Source: Oscillospiraceae bacterium (GTDB lineage Bacteria; Bacillota; Clostridia; Oscillospirales; UBA929). Taken from it: a DNA stretch of 64,000 bases. Position numbers and translations under genes: made by a program. The stretch covers positions 2,132 to 66,131 of the forward strand of contig WRIZ01000007.1 in NCBI GenBank assembly GCA_009782475.1, written 5' to 3'. This document shows positions 10,490 to 20,707 of the stretch, piece by piece (position 1 is the stretch's first letter; every line of letters starts with the position of its first letter). The notes under the pieces are model-generated. The model had not been told where the DNA came from. It worked only from the letters and a program-made list of their open reading frames with translations, and made no database searches.

Positions 10490-11464
10490 TTGGCGCAGAT
10501 AGAGCTTACAGAAGTGGTCAAAGAGTATAAAATCCGCAAACGGGATGAAAAACGCTCCAAGTTCATGGAGCTTGTCAGGCCGCGCTATGAGTTCAAGCGC
10601 GCGGTGGATCATATCAGTTTTTCCATAGAGCCGGGGGATATGGTGGGCTATATCGGGCCGAACGGCGCGGGGAAATCCACAACCATCAAGATGCTGACCG
10701 GCATCCTCACACCGACGTCGGGGCAGGTAAGCGTTTTTGGGCGCGACCCCTGCAAAAACCGCCGAAAAAACGCCTTGAAAATAGGTGTTGTATTCGGCCA
10801 GCGTTCGCAGCTGCTGTGGGATTTGCCGGTGCGCGATACCTTTGAACTGTTCAAAACCATGTACCGAATCGGGCAGACAGACTTTCTGCGCCAGCGCGAC
10901 CGGCTGATCGACATGCTGGATATGAATGATTTCCTCAACCAAGCGGTTCGTCAGCTCAGCCTCGGCCAGCGGATGCGCGCCAACCTTGCCCTCTGCTTTC
11001 TGCATCAGCCGGAGGTCGTCTATCTGGACGAACCCACCATCGGGCTGGACGTATTGGTGAAAGACCGAATCAGGAGCTTCTTAAAGCACATCAATCAGGA
11101 GCAGGGAACGACCATCCTGCTGACCACCCACGACACACAGGATATAGAGCAGGTCACGCAGAGGCTGATGCTGATCGACGGCGGGCGGCTCCTATTTGAC
11201 GGAAGCCAAGACGCTTTCCGCAGCCGGTATCAGGGAACGGAGTTTATGATCGAAGCCGAGTTTACCCAGCCCGCGGAGCCAATCGGCCATGAGCATTTCC
11301 GCCCGCATCAGATCGAGCCAACCCGGCATTCCTATTGGGTTCCATACGCGCAAATGGGGCGCGGGGAAGCCATCAGTTATATCGCCGCCCGGTATCCGGT
11401 GGCGGATATAAAGGTGCGCGAGCTGGGGCTGGAGGATATTCTGAAAGGCATTTATGCAGAATAG
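10490..11464 (+). CDS. ABC transporter ATP-binding protein
   Basis: Walker A GPNGAGKST, signature LSLGQ, Walker B YLDEP. Confidence 0.95.
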   Translation: MAQIELTEVVKEYKIRKRDEKRSKFMELVRPRYEFKRAVDHISFSIEPGDMVGYIGPNGAGKSTTIKMLTGILTPTSGQVSVFGRDPCKNRRKNALKIGVVFGQRSQLLWDLPVRDTFELFKTMYRIGQTDFLRQRDRLIDMLDMNDFLNQAVRQLSLGQRMRANLALCFLHQPEVVYLDEPTIGLDVLVKDRIRSFLKHINQEQGTTILLTTHDTQDIEQVTQRLMLIDGGRLLFDGSQDAFRSRYQGTEFMIEAEFTQPAEPIGHEHFRPHQIEPTRHSYWVPYAQMGRGEAISYIAARYPVADIKVRELGLEDILKGIYAE

Positions 11465-11470
11465 ATAAAA

Positions 11471-11707
11471 CTATCTCCGCTCTACCAAGATCAGGTCGTC
11501 CCCGATCCGTTTGATGCAAGCCCAGGGAATCACGATGTCGTCCCCCCGCCCGAATAGTCCGAAGTATTTGCAGGGGCCAGGTACCACGATGGCGACAAGA
11601 TGCCCGTTGTCAACATTGACTTCCACGTCGATCGGAAAACCAAGCCGGATGCCGGTGCAAATGTCAATGACCTCTTTTCCTCGCAAATCGACGATACGGC
11701 AGTGCAT
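11471..11707 (-). CDS. YlmC/YmxH family sporulation PRC-barrel protein
   Basis: DLRGKEVIDICTGIRLG...IVVPG...IPW.CIKRIGDDLILV; SD GGGGA before ATG 11707. Confidence 0.92.
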   Translation of the reverse strand: MHCRIVDLRGKEVIDICTGIRLGFPIDVEVNVDNGHLVAIVVPGPCKYFGLFGRGDDIVIPWACIKRIGDDLILVERR

Positions 11708-11755
11708 AAAACCATCCCCTCTCCCCTTAAAACCTATGCGGTAAGGAAGTGTCTT

Positions 11756-13243
11756 ATGTTTGACATTCAAGGGGCAAGTTGTCCCATTTACGACGTAAAA
11801 AAGGTACGCAAAGCCACCATGGCAGCCCCGATGTGGGTGCATTTCGGCGCGGGCAACATTTTTCGCGGGTATATCGCCGTATTGCAGGATGAATTGCTCA
11901 ACAAAGGGTTGAGCGATAAAGGGATCATCGCCGCCGAATCATTTGACCCGGACATCATCGAAGCGGTTTACCGCCCGTATGACAACCACGCCCTTTTGGT
12001 CACCCTTCGCGCCGACGGTTCTATGCCGATGACCGTCTCAGCGTCGGTCACCGAAGCGTTGGCCGCCGTGCCGGGGACGCCGGATTATGAACGGCTGGCT
12101 GCCGTCATGGAAGCCGCTAGTTTGCAAATGGTCAGCTTCACCATCACCGAAAAGGGCTACCGCGGCCCGGCAATGGAGCTTTTGACCGGATTGCTCTATA
12201 CGCGGTATCAGGCCGGAGCCGCGCCGCTGGCGTTGGTCAGCATGGATAATTGCAGCGCGAACGGCGATTTGCTAAAATCGGCTGTATCGGAAGAGGCTAA
12301 GGGTTTTAACGATGAAGGATTTATCGCCTATTTGTCCGACCCGGGCAAAATCTCCTTCCCGTGGAGCATGATCGACAAGATCACACCCGCCCCTTCGGAA
12401 GCGGTGCGGCAGAAACTGCCGGAAGGGATGGACTGGTCGCCGGTCAAAACGGCCAAAGGGACGATGATCGCGCCCTTTGTCAACGCCGAAGCCCCGCAGG
12501 TTCTCGTGATCGAGGACGCCTTCCCCAACGGGCGTCCGCCGCTGGAGAAAGCGGGGGTTTACTTTACAGACCGCGAAACGGTGCGCAAGGCCGAGCGGAT
12601 GAAAGTGACCGCCTGCCTCAACCCGCTCCACACGGCTCTTGCCGTCTTCGGCAGCCTTCTCCGGGTGGAGACCATCGCCGACTGCATGAAGGACGGTGAC
12701 CTTGCCGCGCTGGTGCGGCGTTTGGGATATGATGAAGGTCTCCCCGCCGTGGAGCATCCCCGTATCTTTGAGCCGAAGGATTTCCTTGACGAAGTGATCA
12801 ACGAACGTCTCGTAAACCCCTTCCTGCCCGATACGCCCAAGCGGATTGCCGCCGACACCAGCCAAAAGCTAAAGTTCCGCTTCGGCGAAACCATCCATGC
12901 GTATGTTGAAAGAGACGACCTATCGCTTGATAACCTGATTGCCATTCCGCTCATTTTGGCGGGTTGGGTAAGGGTTCTGCTCGGGGTGGGCGACGACGGG
13001 GAACCGATGGAGATCAGCCCCGACGTCATGCTGCCGCAGCTCAAAGAAGCGGTCAAAGACATTGCGTTCGGCGACCCGTCCACAGCGGCAAAAGCCCGCG
13101 CCGTATTCTCCGGCGCGGACTGGTTCGGTTGTGATCTATATGCGGTCGGATTAGGCGAACGCTGTGAAAACTATCTCGCCGCCATGCTGAAAGGCTCGGG
13201 AGCCGTGCGGAAAAGCCTGCAAAACGTCATTCGCAACCTGTAG
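11756..13243 (+). CDS. Mannitol dehydrogenase family (fructuronate/tagaturonate reductase-like)
   Basis: WVHFGAGNIFRG, SFTITEKGY, SMDNC..NG, SMIDKITP, LNPLHT, DTSQK. Confidence 0.88.
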   Translation: MFDIQGASCPIYDVKKVRKATMAAPMWVHFGAGNIFRGYIAVLQDELLNKGLSDKGIIAAESFDPDIIEAVYRPYDNHALLVTLRADGSMPMTVSASVTEALAAVPGTPDYERLAAVMEAASLQMVSFTITEKGYRGPAMELLTGLLYTRYQAGAAPLALVSMDNCSANGDLLKSAVSEEAKGFNDEGFIAYLSDPGKISFPWSMIDKITPAPSEAVRQKLPEGMDWSPVKTAKGTMIAPFVNAEAPQVLVIEDAFPNGRPPLEKAGVYFTDRETVRKAERMKVTACLNPLHTALAVFGSLLRVETIADCMKDGDLAALVRRLGYDEGLPAVEHPRIFEPKDFLDEVINERLVNPFLPDTPKRIAADTSQKLKFRFGETIHAYVERDDLSLDNLIAIPLILAGWVRVLLGVGDDGEPMEISPDVMLPQLKEAVKDIAFGDPSTAAKARAVFSGADWFGCDLYAVGLGERCENYLAAMLKGSGAVRKSLQNVIRNL

Positions 13244-13267
13244 TTGACAAATCGCAAGCGGCGGTTG
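13231..13267. promoter_or_regulatory. Tandem TCGCAA-N6-GTTG sites (21-bp period), putative XRE operator
   Basis: Copies at 13231 and 13252 upstream of the XRE gene. Confidence 0.45.
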
Positions 13268-13339
13268 GTGGCATTTGGCGGGTAAAAAAGGGATCATCAT
13301 ATCAGAGCACTGCTCTAATATGATGGGGGGAACCGAAAC

Positions 13340-14122
13340 ATGAATTTTCATGACAAACTGCAAAAACTGCGAAAGGAAAAGGGACTGTCGCAGGAGATGC
13401 TGGCCGAAATGCTGGGCGTCTCGCGCCAAGCCGTCTCCAAATGGGAAAGCGGACAATCCTATCCCGAAACGGAAACACTGATCGAACTCAGCGGGATTCT
13501 CGAAGTCACGCTGGACAGCCTTCTAAAAGACGGAGAGCCGCAGCCGGGCGGAAACAATGCCAATCAATATCCCCCGTATTGGTTACCGGGGAGGCGTGTC
13601 TATGAATACAAAAGCAAAAGAACGCTTTGGGGGCTGCCTCTTGTCCATATCCATTTTGGATTCGGGAGAAGGGTTCGCGCAAAAGGGGTCGTTGCGGTCG
13701 GCAACATTGCCGCAGGATTCATTTCGTTCGGGCTGATCGCCCGCGGGCTGCTGTCTTTCGGGCTGTTAAGCCTCGGATTACTCGCTTTCGGGACGTTTTC
13801 GCTGGGGCTATTGCTGGCGGTCGGTGCCATCGCGGTCGGGACATTTGCCGTAGGGGCTGTCGCGGCCGGGGTATTCGCGCTGGGCGCCGTGGCCATCGGT
13901 ATGTTTGCGAAGGGCGCGGTGGCGGTCGCTTCCCGCGTTGCCGTTGGCGATCACGCATACGGGCATATCGCCGTCGGGCGGGTCGCGGAGGGCGTCAGGG
14001 TCTTTATAACCGATTCCGATTTTGCCGCGATCAGCAAGACGGAGGTCAGGCAAGCCATTCTCGAGGAGTTCCCCGGATTGTGGAACTGGATCGTCCGGCT
14101 GATGACCTCATTTCTAGGATAA
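13340..14122 (+). CDS. XRE-family HTH regulator with Gly/Ala-rich membrane domain
   Basis: LRKEKGLSQE.LAE.LGVSRQAVSKWESG; repeated (A/S)xG hydrophobic C-terminus. Confidence 0.9.
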   Translation: MNFHDKLQKLRKEKGLSQEMLAEMLGVSRQAVSKWESGQSYPETETLIELSGILEVTLDSLLKDGEPQPGGNNANQYPPYWLPGRRVYEYKSKRTLWGLPLVHIHFGFGRRVRAKGVVAVGNIAAGFISFGLIARGLLSFGLLSLGLLAFGTFSLGLLLAVGAIAVGTFAVGAVAAGVFALGAVAIGMFAKGAVAVASRVAVGDHAYGHIAVGRVAEGVRVFITDSDFAAISKTEVRQAILEEFPGLWNWIVRLMTSFLG

Positions 14123-14956
14123 TCAGCTCAGCATCCTGCGGAAGTAAGCCATCACCTGATCGGAAATGTTTTGGGGGTAGTCAATCCCCTTAAACGCGCA
14201 AATGGCTTTTGCGTCCTGTTCAAACAAGTCTATCCCTTTTTCAACGGCGGCTTGCAGGGAAGCAAAATCCGCCGGGGCGAAATAAGCCAAGCAATGACGC
14301 TGCATCTCTTCGGGGACGCAGCGTTTGATTTTGGGTTCCCATCCGCCCCAGTCCAGCGTGTCATACCGGCTTAACAGCAGATCGACATGGGTGCGGAAGA
14401 GAAATTCATAAATGTTCTTGATCAGTTTGAAAATATCTCCGCGCTTGAAATACTTGACCAGCATTTGAACATGAAACCAGTAAGTGTCGATGGCGCGCAT
14501 GGTATCGGGGATGTAGTTTTCCGTCGTATAGCCCATCTTCAAAAAGGCGGCGGTCTCCCCTGCCCGGTCAAAGATGATATTGCTTTCATCACAGCCCTTG
14601 CAATGAATCCTGCACATCCAATCATCAGGACGATCTGCGTTGAGGATAAAGGAATCGAACTGGTGCAGGTTCTCCCCCAGCCGGACGATGGAGCAAAAGG
14701 TTCTGAAGCAATCATTGTTATAATTCTCCGGCCAATGGATGAGCAATTCATCGCTAGAGTCGGTCAAAACCTTTGGTATATCGGCTGTAAAGGCTTCATA
14801 ATCATCGCTGCCCACCAAGAAAACAAGGTCATAGTCAGACCATTCGTCGGTCTCGCCGCGCCCGGCCGAACCGTAATGCCATCCGCCTTTACAGCGAGGA
14901 TCGGTTTTCATCGCGGTGACGACTTTTTCAAACATTGCGATTAAATCGGGGTTCAT
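14123..14956 (-). CDS. Pol-beta-like nucleotidyltransferase (aminoglycoside 6-adenylyltransferase/LinB-like)
   Basis: YGSAGRGETDEWSDYDLVF (GS...DxD), third Asp in QFDSF, helical C-domain; ATGA overlap with argF. Confidence 0.75.
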   Translation of the reverse strand: MNPDLIAMFEKVVTAMKTDPRCKGGWHYGSAGRGETDEWSDYDLVFLVGSDDYEAFTADIPKVLTDSSDELLIHWPENYNNDCFRTFCSIVRLGENLHQFDSFILNADRPDDWMCRIHCKGCDESNIIFDRAGETAAFLKMGYTTENYIPDTMRAIDTYWFHVQMLVKYFKRGDIFKLIKNIYEFLFRTHVDLLLSRYDTLDWGGWEPKIKRCVPEEMQRHCLAYFAPADFASLQAAVEKGIDLFEQDAKAICAFKGIDYPQNISDQVMAYFRRMLS

Positions 14957-15869
14957 AAATCCTCCCCGCCCATCAGCAGAACCATGACCGCTTTTTGCGC
15001 GTGCAGGCGGTTTTCGGCTTCGTCATAAATCTCTTTTGCGTGGGCGGCGAAGGCTTCGGCGGTGATCTCCTCGCCCCGGTGGGCGGGAAGGCAGTGCTGC
15101 ACCATGACATTCTTGGCGCAGAGGGAGAGCAACTCCGTATTGACCTGATACCCCTCAAAATCTTTGAGGCGTTTTGGCATTTCATCCTCCTGACCCATGC
15201 TGGTGAAAACGTCGGTAAAGACAACATGGGCATCTTCCGCCGCTTCGCGCGGGTCGCGCAGCAACGCGAAATCGGGATTCTTTTGCGCCCACCCCAGCAC
15301 TTCCGCGCTTGGCTCATACCCTTTGGGGCAAGCCACACGCATCTTCATGCCGCAGGTCAGCGCGCCGGAGATCAAGCTGGCGCAGACGTTGTTGCCGTCG
15401 CCCAGCCAGCAGACGGTCAGCCCGGCCAGCGTGGCCAAATGTTCGCGGATGGTCATCAGGTCGGCAAGGATTTGGCAGGGGTGCTCGTCGTCGGTCAGGC
15501 CGTTGATGACCGGGACGGAGCCGAATTTGGCGAAATCTTCAACATCCTTTTGGGCGAAGGTGCGGATCATGATCCCATCGACATAGCGGCTGAGCACATT
15601 GGCGGTGTCCTCGATCGGTTCGCCCCGTCCAAACTGCGCGTCGGCGGGGGTGAGATTGACGGCATGGCCGCCCAGCTGGAAGACGCCTGTTTCAAACGAA
15701 ACGCGCGTCCGCGTGGAGGCTTTGCTGAAAATCATACCCAGCGTTTTGCCCTCCAGCAAGCGGTGCGGGATCCCGTTCTGCCGGTTGTATTTCATTTGAT
15801 CGGCTAGAGCCAGTATTTCCAGTATATCGGCTTGATCCAAATCGGACATTTTCAACAGGTGTTTTGCCT

Positions 15870-15873
<4 letters not shown>
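14953..15873 (-). CDS. argF: Ornithine carbamoyltransferase
   Basis: STRTRVSFE, HPCQ, SMGQE, HCLPA, EAENRLHAQKA. Confidence 0.98.
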
Positions 15874-17030
<1,157 letters not shown>

Positions 17031-17052
17031 CGTGATTTCTCCTTTCATATTA

Positions 17053-17081
17053 TTGACAATGTAAATAATTATTGATATATT
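17053..17081 (+). promoter_or_regulatory. sigma-A promoter TTGACA-N17-TATATT of relB/yoeB pair
   Basis: Consensus boxes in an AT-rich, partly palindromic region. Confidence 0.7.
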
Positions 17082-17109
17082 GTATATAGTATTATAGGAG
17101 GTGAAAGTT

Positions 17110-17385
17110 ATGCCGCAGACCAATATCAATATCCGTATGGATGAAGACTTAAAAAATCAGTTCAACGCATTGTGTGTAGACTTAGGGCTGACAATGACCG
17201 CCGCGTTCGGAGTGTTTGCCAAAGCCGCAGTCCGCCAGCGAAAAATCCCCTTTGAGATCAGTGCGGAAAGCGACCACCCGTTTTACAGTGAGAGCAATCA
17301 GGCGTATTTACGCGAAGCCGTTGCCGCCCTCAATGCCGGAAAAGGAATCATCCGTGAAATCATAGAGGTCGAAGATGATGAATAA
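17110..17385 (+). CDS. RelB/DinJ family antitoxin
   Basis: TNINIRMDEDLK...LGLTMTAAF..F....VRQRKIPFEI...PFYSESNQ. Confidence 0.93.
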   Translation: MPQTNINIRMDEDLKNQFNALCVDLGLTMTAAFGVFAKAAVRQRKIPFEISAESDHPFYSESNQAYLREAVAALNAGKGIIREIIEVEDDE

Positions 17386-17638
17386 AGTCTGGTTTGACCG
17401 GGCGTGGAGCGATTACGAAATATGGCAGCAGAGGGATAAGAAAATCATTAATAAGTTAAATAAGCTCCTCAAAGACATCGAGCGGAACGGCTATAAGGGG
17501 ATCGGCAAGCCGGAACCTTTGAAACACAATTTACAAGGATTTTGGAGCCGGGAAATTGACGAAAAACACCGTCTTGTATATCGTGTTGAGCGCGGACAAA
17601 TTGAGATTGCCCAGTGCATGGGGCATTATGATGACTGA
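17375..17638 (+). CDS. yoeB: Txe/YoeB family toxin
   Basis: AWSDY..WQ, GIGKPEPLKHNLQGFWSREIDEKHRLVY, GHY. Confidence 0.95.
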   Translation: MMNKVWFDRAWSDYEIWQQRDKKIINKLNKLLKDIERNGYKGIGKPEPLKHNLQGFWSREIDEKHRLVYRVERGQIEIAQCMGHYDD

Positions 17639-17643
17639 GCGGT

Positions 17644-18498
17644 TCAGCCATTTATGATCTGCGTGCCGCAGCCTTCGTCGGTCAGCATTTCCACCAAAAG
17701 CGAATGCGGGGCGCGGCCGTCGAGGATGACGGCACTCTTAACGCCCCTTCGCAAAGCGTCCACACAGCAGTCCACTTTGGGGATCATGCCTTTGCTGACG
17801 GCTCCGCCGCGTTTTAAGGCGGGAATCTCGCTCAGTTTGACTTCGGGGATGAGCGTCGCCGGATCGTCTTTATCGCGCAGCAGCCCCGGTACGTCGGTCA
17901 GCAGGATCAGCTTTTCCGCGCCCAGCGACGCCGAGAGTTCGGCCGCCGCCGTGTCGGCGTTGATGTTGTACGACGTTTCGGCGTCAATGCCGCGTCCAAC
18001 GGTCGAGATGACCGGGATATAGCCTTTTTCCAGCAGCAGTTCCACCAGTTCGGGGTTGGGCTTTTTAATGTCACCCACCAAACCGTAATCGTTCGCACCT
18101 ATCAATCGTTCGGCAGGAAAAAGGTTGCCGTCTATCCCTGACAAGCCGACTGCCTTGCCGCCCCGTCCGGCGATTTGGGAGACAAGGTTTTTGTTCACAA
18201 GGCCGCACAGTGTCATCTGTACGACGTCCATCGTCTCCTCGTCGGTGACCCGCAACCCATCCGCAAACCGGGACTCGATCCCCAAACGGTCAAGCAGGGC
18301 GTTGATCTCCGGGCCGCCGCCGTGAACCAACACAAGGCGGATGCCCACCAGCGAAAGCAAAACAATATCGCCGATGACGGCTTCGCGCAGCTCGGTTTTG
18401 TCCATCGCCGCGCCGCCATACTTCACAACCACCGTCTTGCCGCTATATCGCTGGATATACGGCAGGGCTTCGGTTAGGACTGTTATTTTGCTTGTCAT
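17644..18498 (-). CDS. argB: Acetylglutamate kinase
   Basis: VVKYGGAAM, VHGGGPEI, NINADTAA, GMIPKV. Confidence 0.98.
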   Translation of the reverse strand: MTSKITVLTEALPYIQRYSGKTVVVKYGGAAMDKTELREAVIGDIVLLSLVGIRLVLVHGGGPEINALLDRLGIESRFADGLRVTDEETMDVVQMTLCGLVNKNLVSQIAGRGGKAVGLSGIDGNLFPAERLIGANDYGLVGDIKKPNPELVELLLEKGYIPVISTVGRGIDAETSYNINADTAAAELSASLGAEKLILLTDVPGLLRDKDDPATLIPEVKLSEIPALKRGGAVSKGMIPKVDCCVDALRRGVKSAVILDGRAPHSLLVEMLTDEGCGTQIING

Positions 18499-18507
18499 AT
18501 GTCCTCC

Positions 18508-18587
18508 TGTCGCGCTCCATGCGCGCTTCGCGGGCAGTGCCGGAAGTGAATTCCTTCACTTACGAAGCGATGGAGCAGCTCTTTTCT
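18508..18587 (-). repeat. Structured repeat element, copy A (argJ-argB spacer)
   Basis: Arms match 54032-54149 (31/38 left, 20/27 right); stems GCUCCAU/AUGGAGC and CGCUUCGU/GCGAAGCG; GGAA-capped inner hairpin. Confidence 0.8.
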
Positions 18588-18588
18588 A

Positions 18589-19803
18589 TCATGTCCTGTA
18601 AGCCCCGTTGATTTCCACGTATCGTTCGGTCAGGTCGCAGCCGAACGCTTCGGCTTCAAAGCCTCCGTCGTGCAGGTCGATCAAAATCTGCACCTCGTCG
18701 CGGCTGAGGATGCTCTTGGCCAATTCCTCATTGAACGGCAGCCCCAAGCCGTCTTTGCAGACGTCGATGGTTTCGCCGGAGGAGCGGAAGGATATGTCCA
18801 CATTTTCGGGCTTAAACGGAGCCTTGCTGTACCCCATCGCACAAAGGATACGGCCGAAATTGGCGTCGGCTCCGTACATCGTCGCTTTGACGAGGTTGGA
18901 GGAGATGACGCTCATGGCCAGTTTTTCGGCGCAGGCTTCCGAGCTCGCGCTTTTGACAAGGCAGCTGATCAGCCTGCTCGCGCCTTCGCCGTCCCGGGCG
19001 ATCATCCGCGCCAATTTGCCGTTGACAAAGTTGACAGCCTCTAAAAACGTCCGATATTCGGGGCCTTTCCACTCGATCTGCGGATTGCCCGACAGACCGC
19101 TGGCCAGCACCGCCACCATATCGTTGGTGGATGTATCACCGTCCACACTGATGCGGTTGTAGGTGATGCGATTGCTGTCACTCAGCGCGGCGTGCAGCAT
19201 CTCCGAGGTGATGGCGGCGTCGGTGGTGATGAACGCCAGCATGGTGGCCATATTGGGGTGGATCATGCCGCTCCCTTTGGCGATGCCGCCGACGGTGACG
19301 GTTTTCCCCGCGATTTGGACTTGGACGGCCGCTTGTTTATCGCAGGTATCGGTCGTCATAATGGCCGCCGCCGCGTCGTCCGAACCGTAACGGGACAGCT
19401 CTTTGACCAGCGCGGGGATGGCATTAACGATGGCTTCGGCTTTCAGCGGTACGCCGATGACGCCGGTGGAGTTGACGATGATCTCATCGGGGCGTATGGA
19501 GAGCTCTTTGGCCAACGCTTCGCAGGTCGCCCACGCGTTTGCCTCCCCGTCCGGGGCGCAGGCGTTGGCGTTGCCGCTGTTGGCGATGATGGCGCGCGCC
19601 GTGCCGCGCATGAGATTGCGCTTGGTCACCTGAAGGGGGGCGGCCTGCACTTTGTTGGTGGTGTAGAGGGCGGCGACGGTACAGTCGCAGTCGGCGTAAA
19701 TCAGCGCGAGGTCTTTCTTCGCGGCGTTTTTGCGAATCCCGGCATGGACGCCGGAGGCGGAAAACCCTTTTGCGGCGCAGCAGCCGCCTTGTATTTCATT
19801 CAT
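18589..19803 (-). CDS. argJ: Ornithine acetyltransferase/N-acetylglutamate synthase
   Basis: NSGNANAC, STGVIG, IMTTDT, KGSGMIHPNMATML, VDGDTSTND, DGEGA. Confidence 0.98.
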   Translation of the reverse strand: MNEIQGGCCAAKGFSASGVHAGIRKNAAKKDLALIYADCDCTVAALYTTNKVQAAPLQVTKRNLMRGTARAIIANSGNANACAPDGEANAWATCEALAKELSIRPDEIIVNSTGVIGVPLKAEAIVNAIPALVKELSRYGSDDAAAAIMTTDTCDKQAAVQVQIAGKTVTVGGIAKGSGMIHPNMATMLAFITTDAAITSEMLHAALSDSNRITYNRISVDGDTSTNDMVAVLASGLSGNPQIEWKGPEYRTFLEAVNFVNGKLARMIARDGEGASRLISCLVKSASSEACAEKLAMSVISSNLVKATMYGADANFGRILCAMGYSKAPFKPENVDISFRSSGETIDVCKDGLGLPFNEELAKSILSRDEVQILIDLHDGGFEAEAFGCDLTERYVEINGAYRT

Positions 19804-19816
19804 GATCGACGTCTCC

Positions 19817-20707
19817 TTATAAACCAAACTTCAATTTGAAACATTGAACGGCTCCGCCGGACGCGCCTTTGCCGAGATTATCAAACCTTGCGGCGGCAAC
19901 CGTTTGGAGTTTCTGCCCGAAGACGAAAATCTCTAGGTCGTCCGTCCCGTTACAGGCTTCCATATCCAGCCGCCCGTTTTCCAGAGATTCTTCCCCGCCG
20001 AACGGCATGACCTTGACGTGTTCGGCTCCGTGATACCATTCCTCCAGCGTTGCGTGGACGCCGGGCGCGTACAACGGGAGGGGGATGGAAACCAGCATCC
20101 CCTGTTTCACCGGTGCGAGAACGGGCATAAAGATGGGCGGCGTATCCATTCCCGATACCGCCTGCATCTCCGGCAGGTGTTTATGCTGAAGGCTTAACGC
20201 GTATGGGCGGGCTCCGCGCGGCGGGTTTTCGCCTTCGTACTCGGCGATCATGGCTTTGCCGCCTCCGCTGTAGCCGGTCAGGGAGAAACAGGACAGCACT
20301 TTATAAGGAGCCACCCATTTCTGACGGACAAGGGGATAAATGACGGCGCAAAACCCGGTTGCGTGGCAGCCGGGGACGGCGATGCGGTTGGAGGATTTGA
20401 CCATATCCCGGTGCTCCCTTGACAGTTCGGGGAAGCCGTACGCCCAGCCGGGATGGGTGCGGTGGGCTGTCGAGGCGTCAAAAATGACCGTTTTGGGGTT
20501 GGTGACAAGGGAGACGGCTTCACGGGCAGCTTCATCCGGCAGGCAGAGGAAGGCCGCGTCGGCCGCGTTGAGCCGCTCAGCCCGGGCGGCGGGGTTTTTA
20601 CGCTCCCCTTCCCCGATTTCCAGCAGTTCCACTTCCGATATGGCGCGCAGTTTCTCCTCGATCTGCAATCCTGTTGCCCCTTCACGCCCGTCGATGAATA
20701 CTTTCAC
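19817..20707 (-). CDS. argC: N-acetyl-gamma-glutamyl-phosphate reductase (type 2 form)
   Basis: KVFIDG..G.TGLQI, DASTAHR, YGFPEL, PGCHATG, GYSGGG, DNLGKGASG; GTG overlaps argH stop. Confidence 0.95.
   Translation of the reverse strand: MKVFIDGREGATGLQIEEKLRAISEVELLEIGEGERKNPAARAERLNAADAAFLCLPDEAAREAVSLVTNPKTVIFDASTAHRTHPGWAYGFPELSREHRDMVKSSNRIAVPGCHATGFCAVIYPLVRQKWVAPYKVLSCFSLTGYSGGGKAMIAEYEGENPPRGARPYALSLQHKHLPEMQAVSGMDTPPIFMPVLAPVKQGMLVSIPLPLYAPGVHATLEEWYHGAEHVKVMPFGGEESLENGRLDMEACNGTDDLEIFVFGQKLQTVAAARFDNLGKGASGGAVQCFKLKFGL

Noticed and set aside
17031-17650. Direct repeats flanking relB/yoeB (also checked for mazEF, PIN pair, ferredoxin, argF-linked NTase)
   Set aside because: Only 5-7 bp or gapped similarities, not distinguishable from chance; this limits the generality of the junction-duplication idea.
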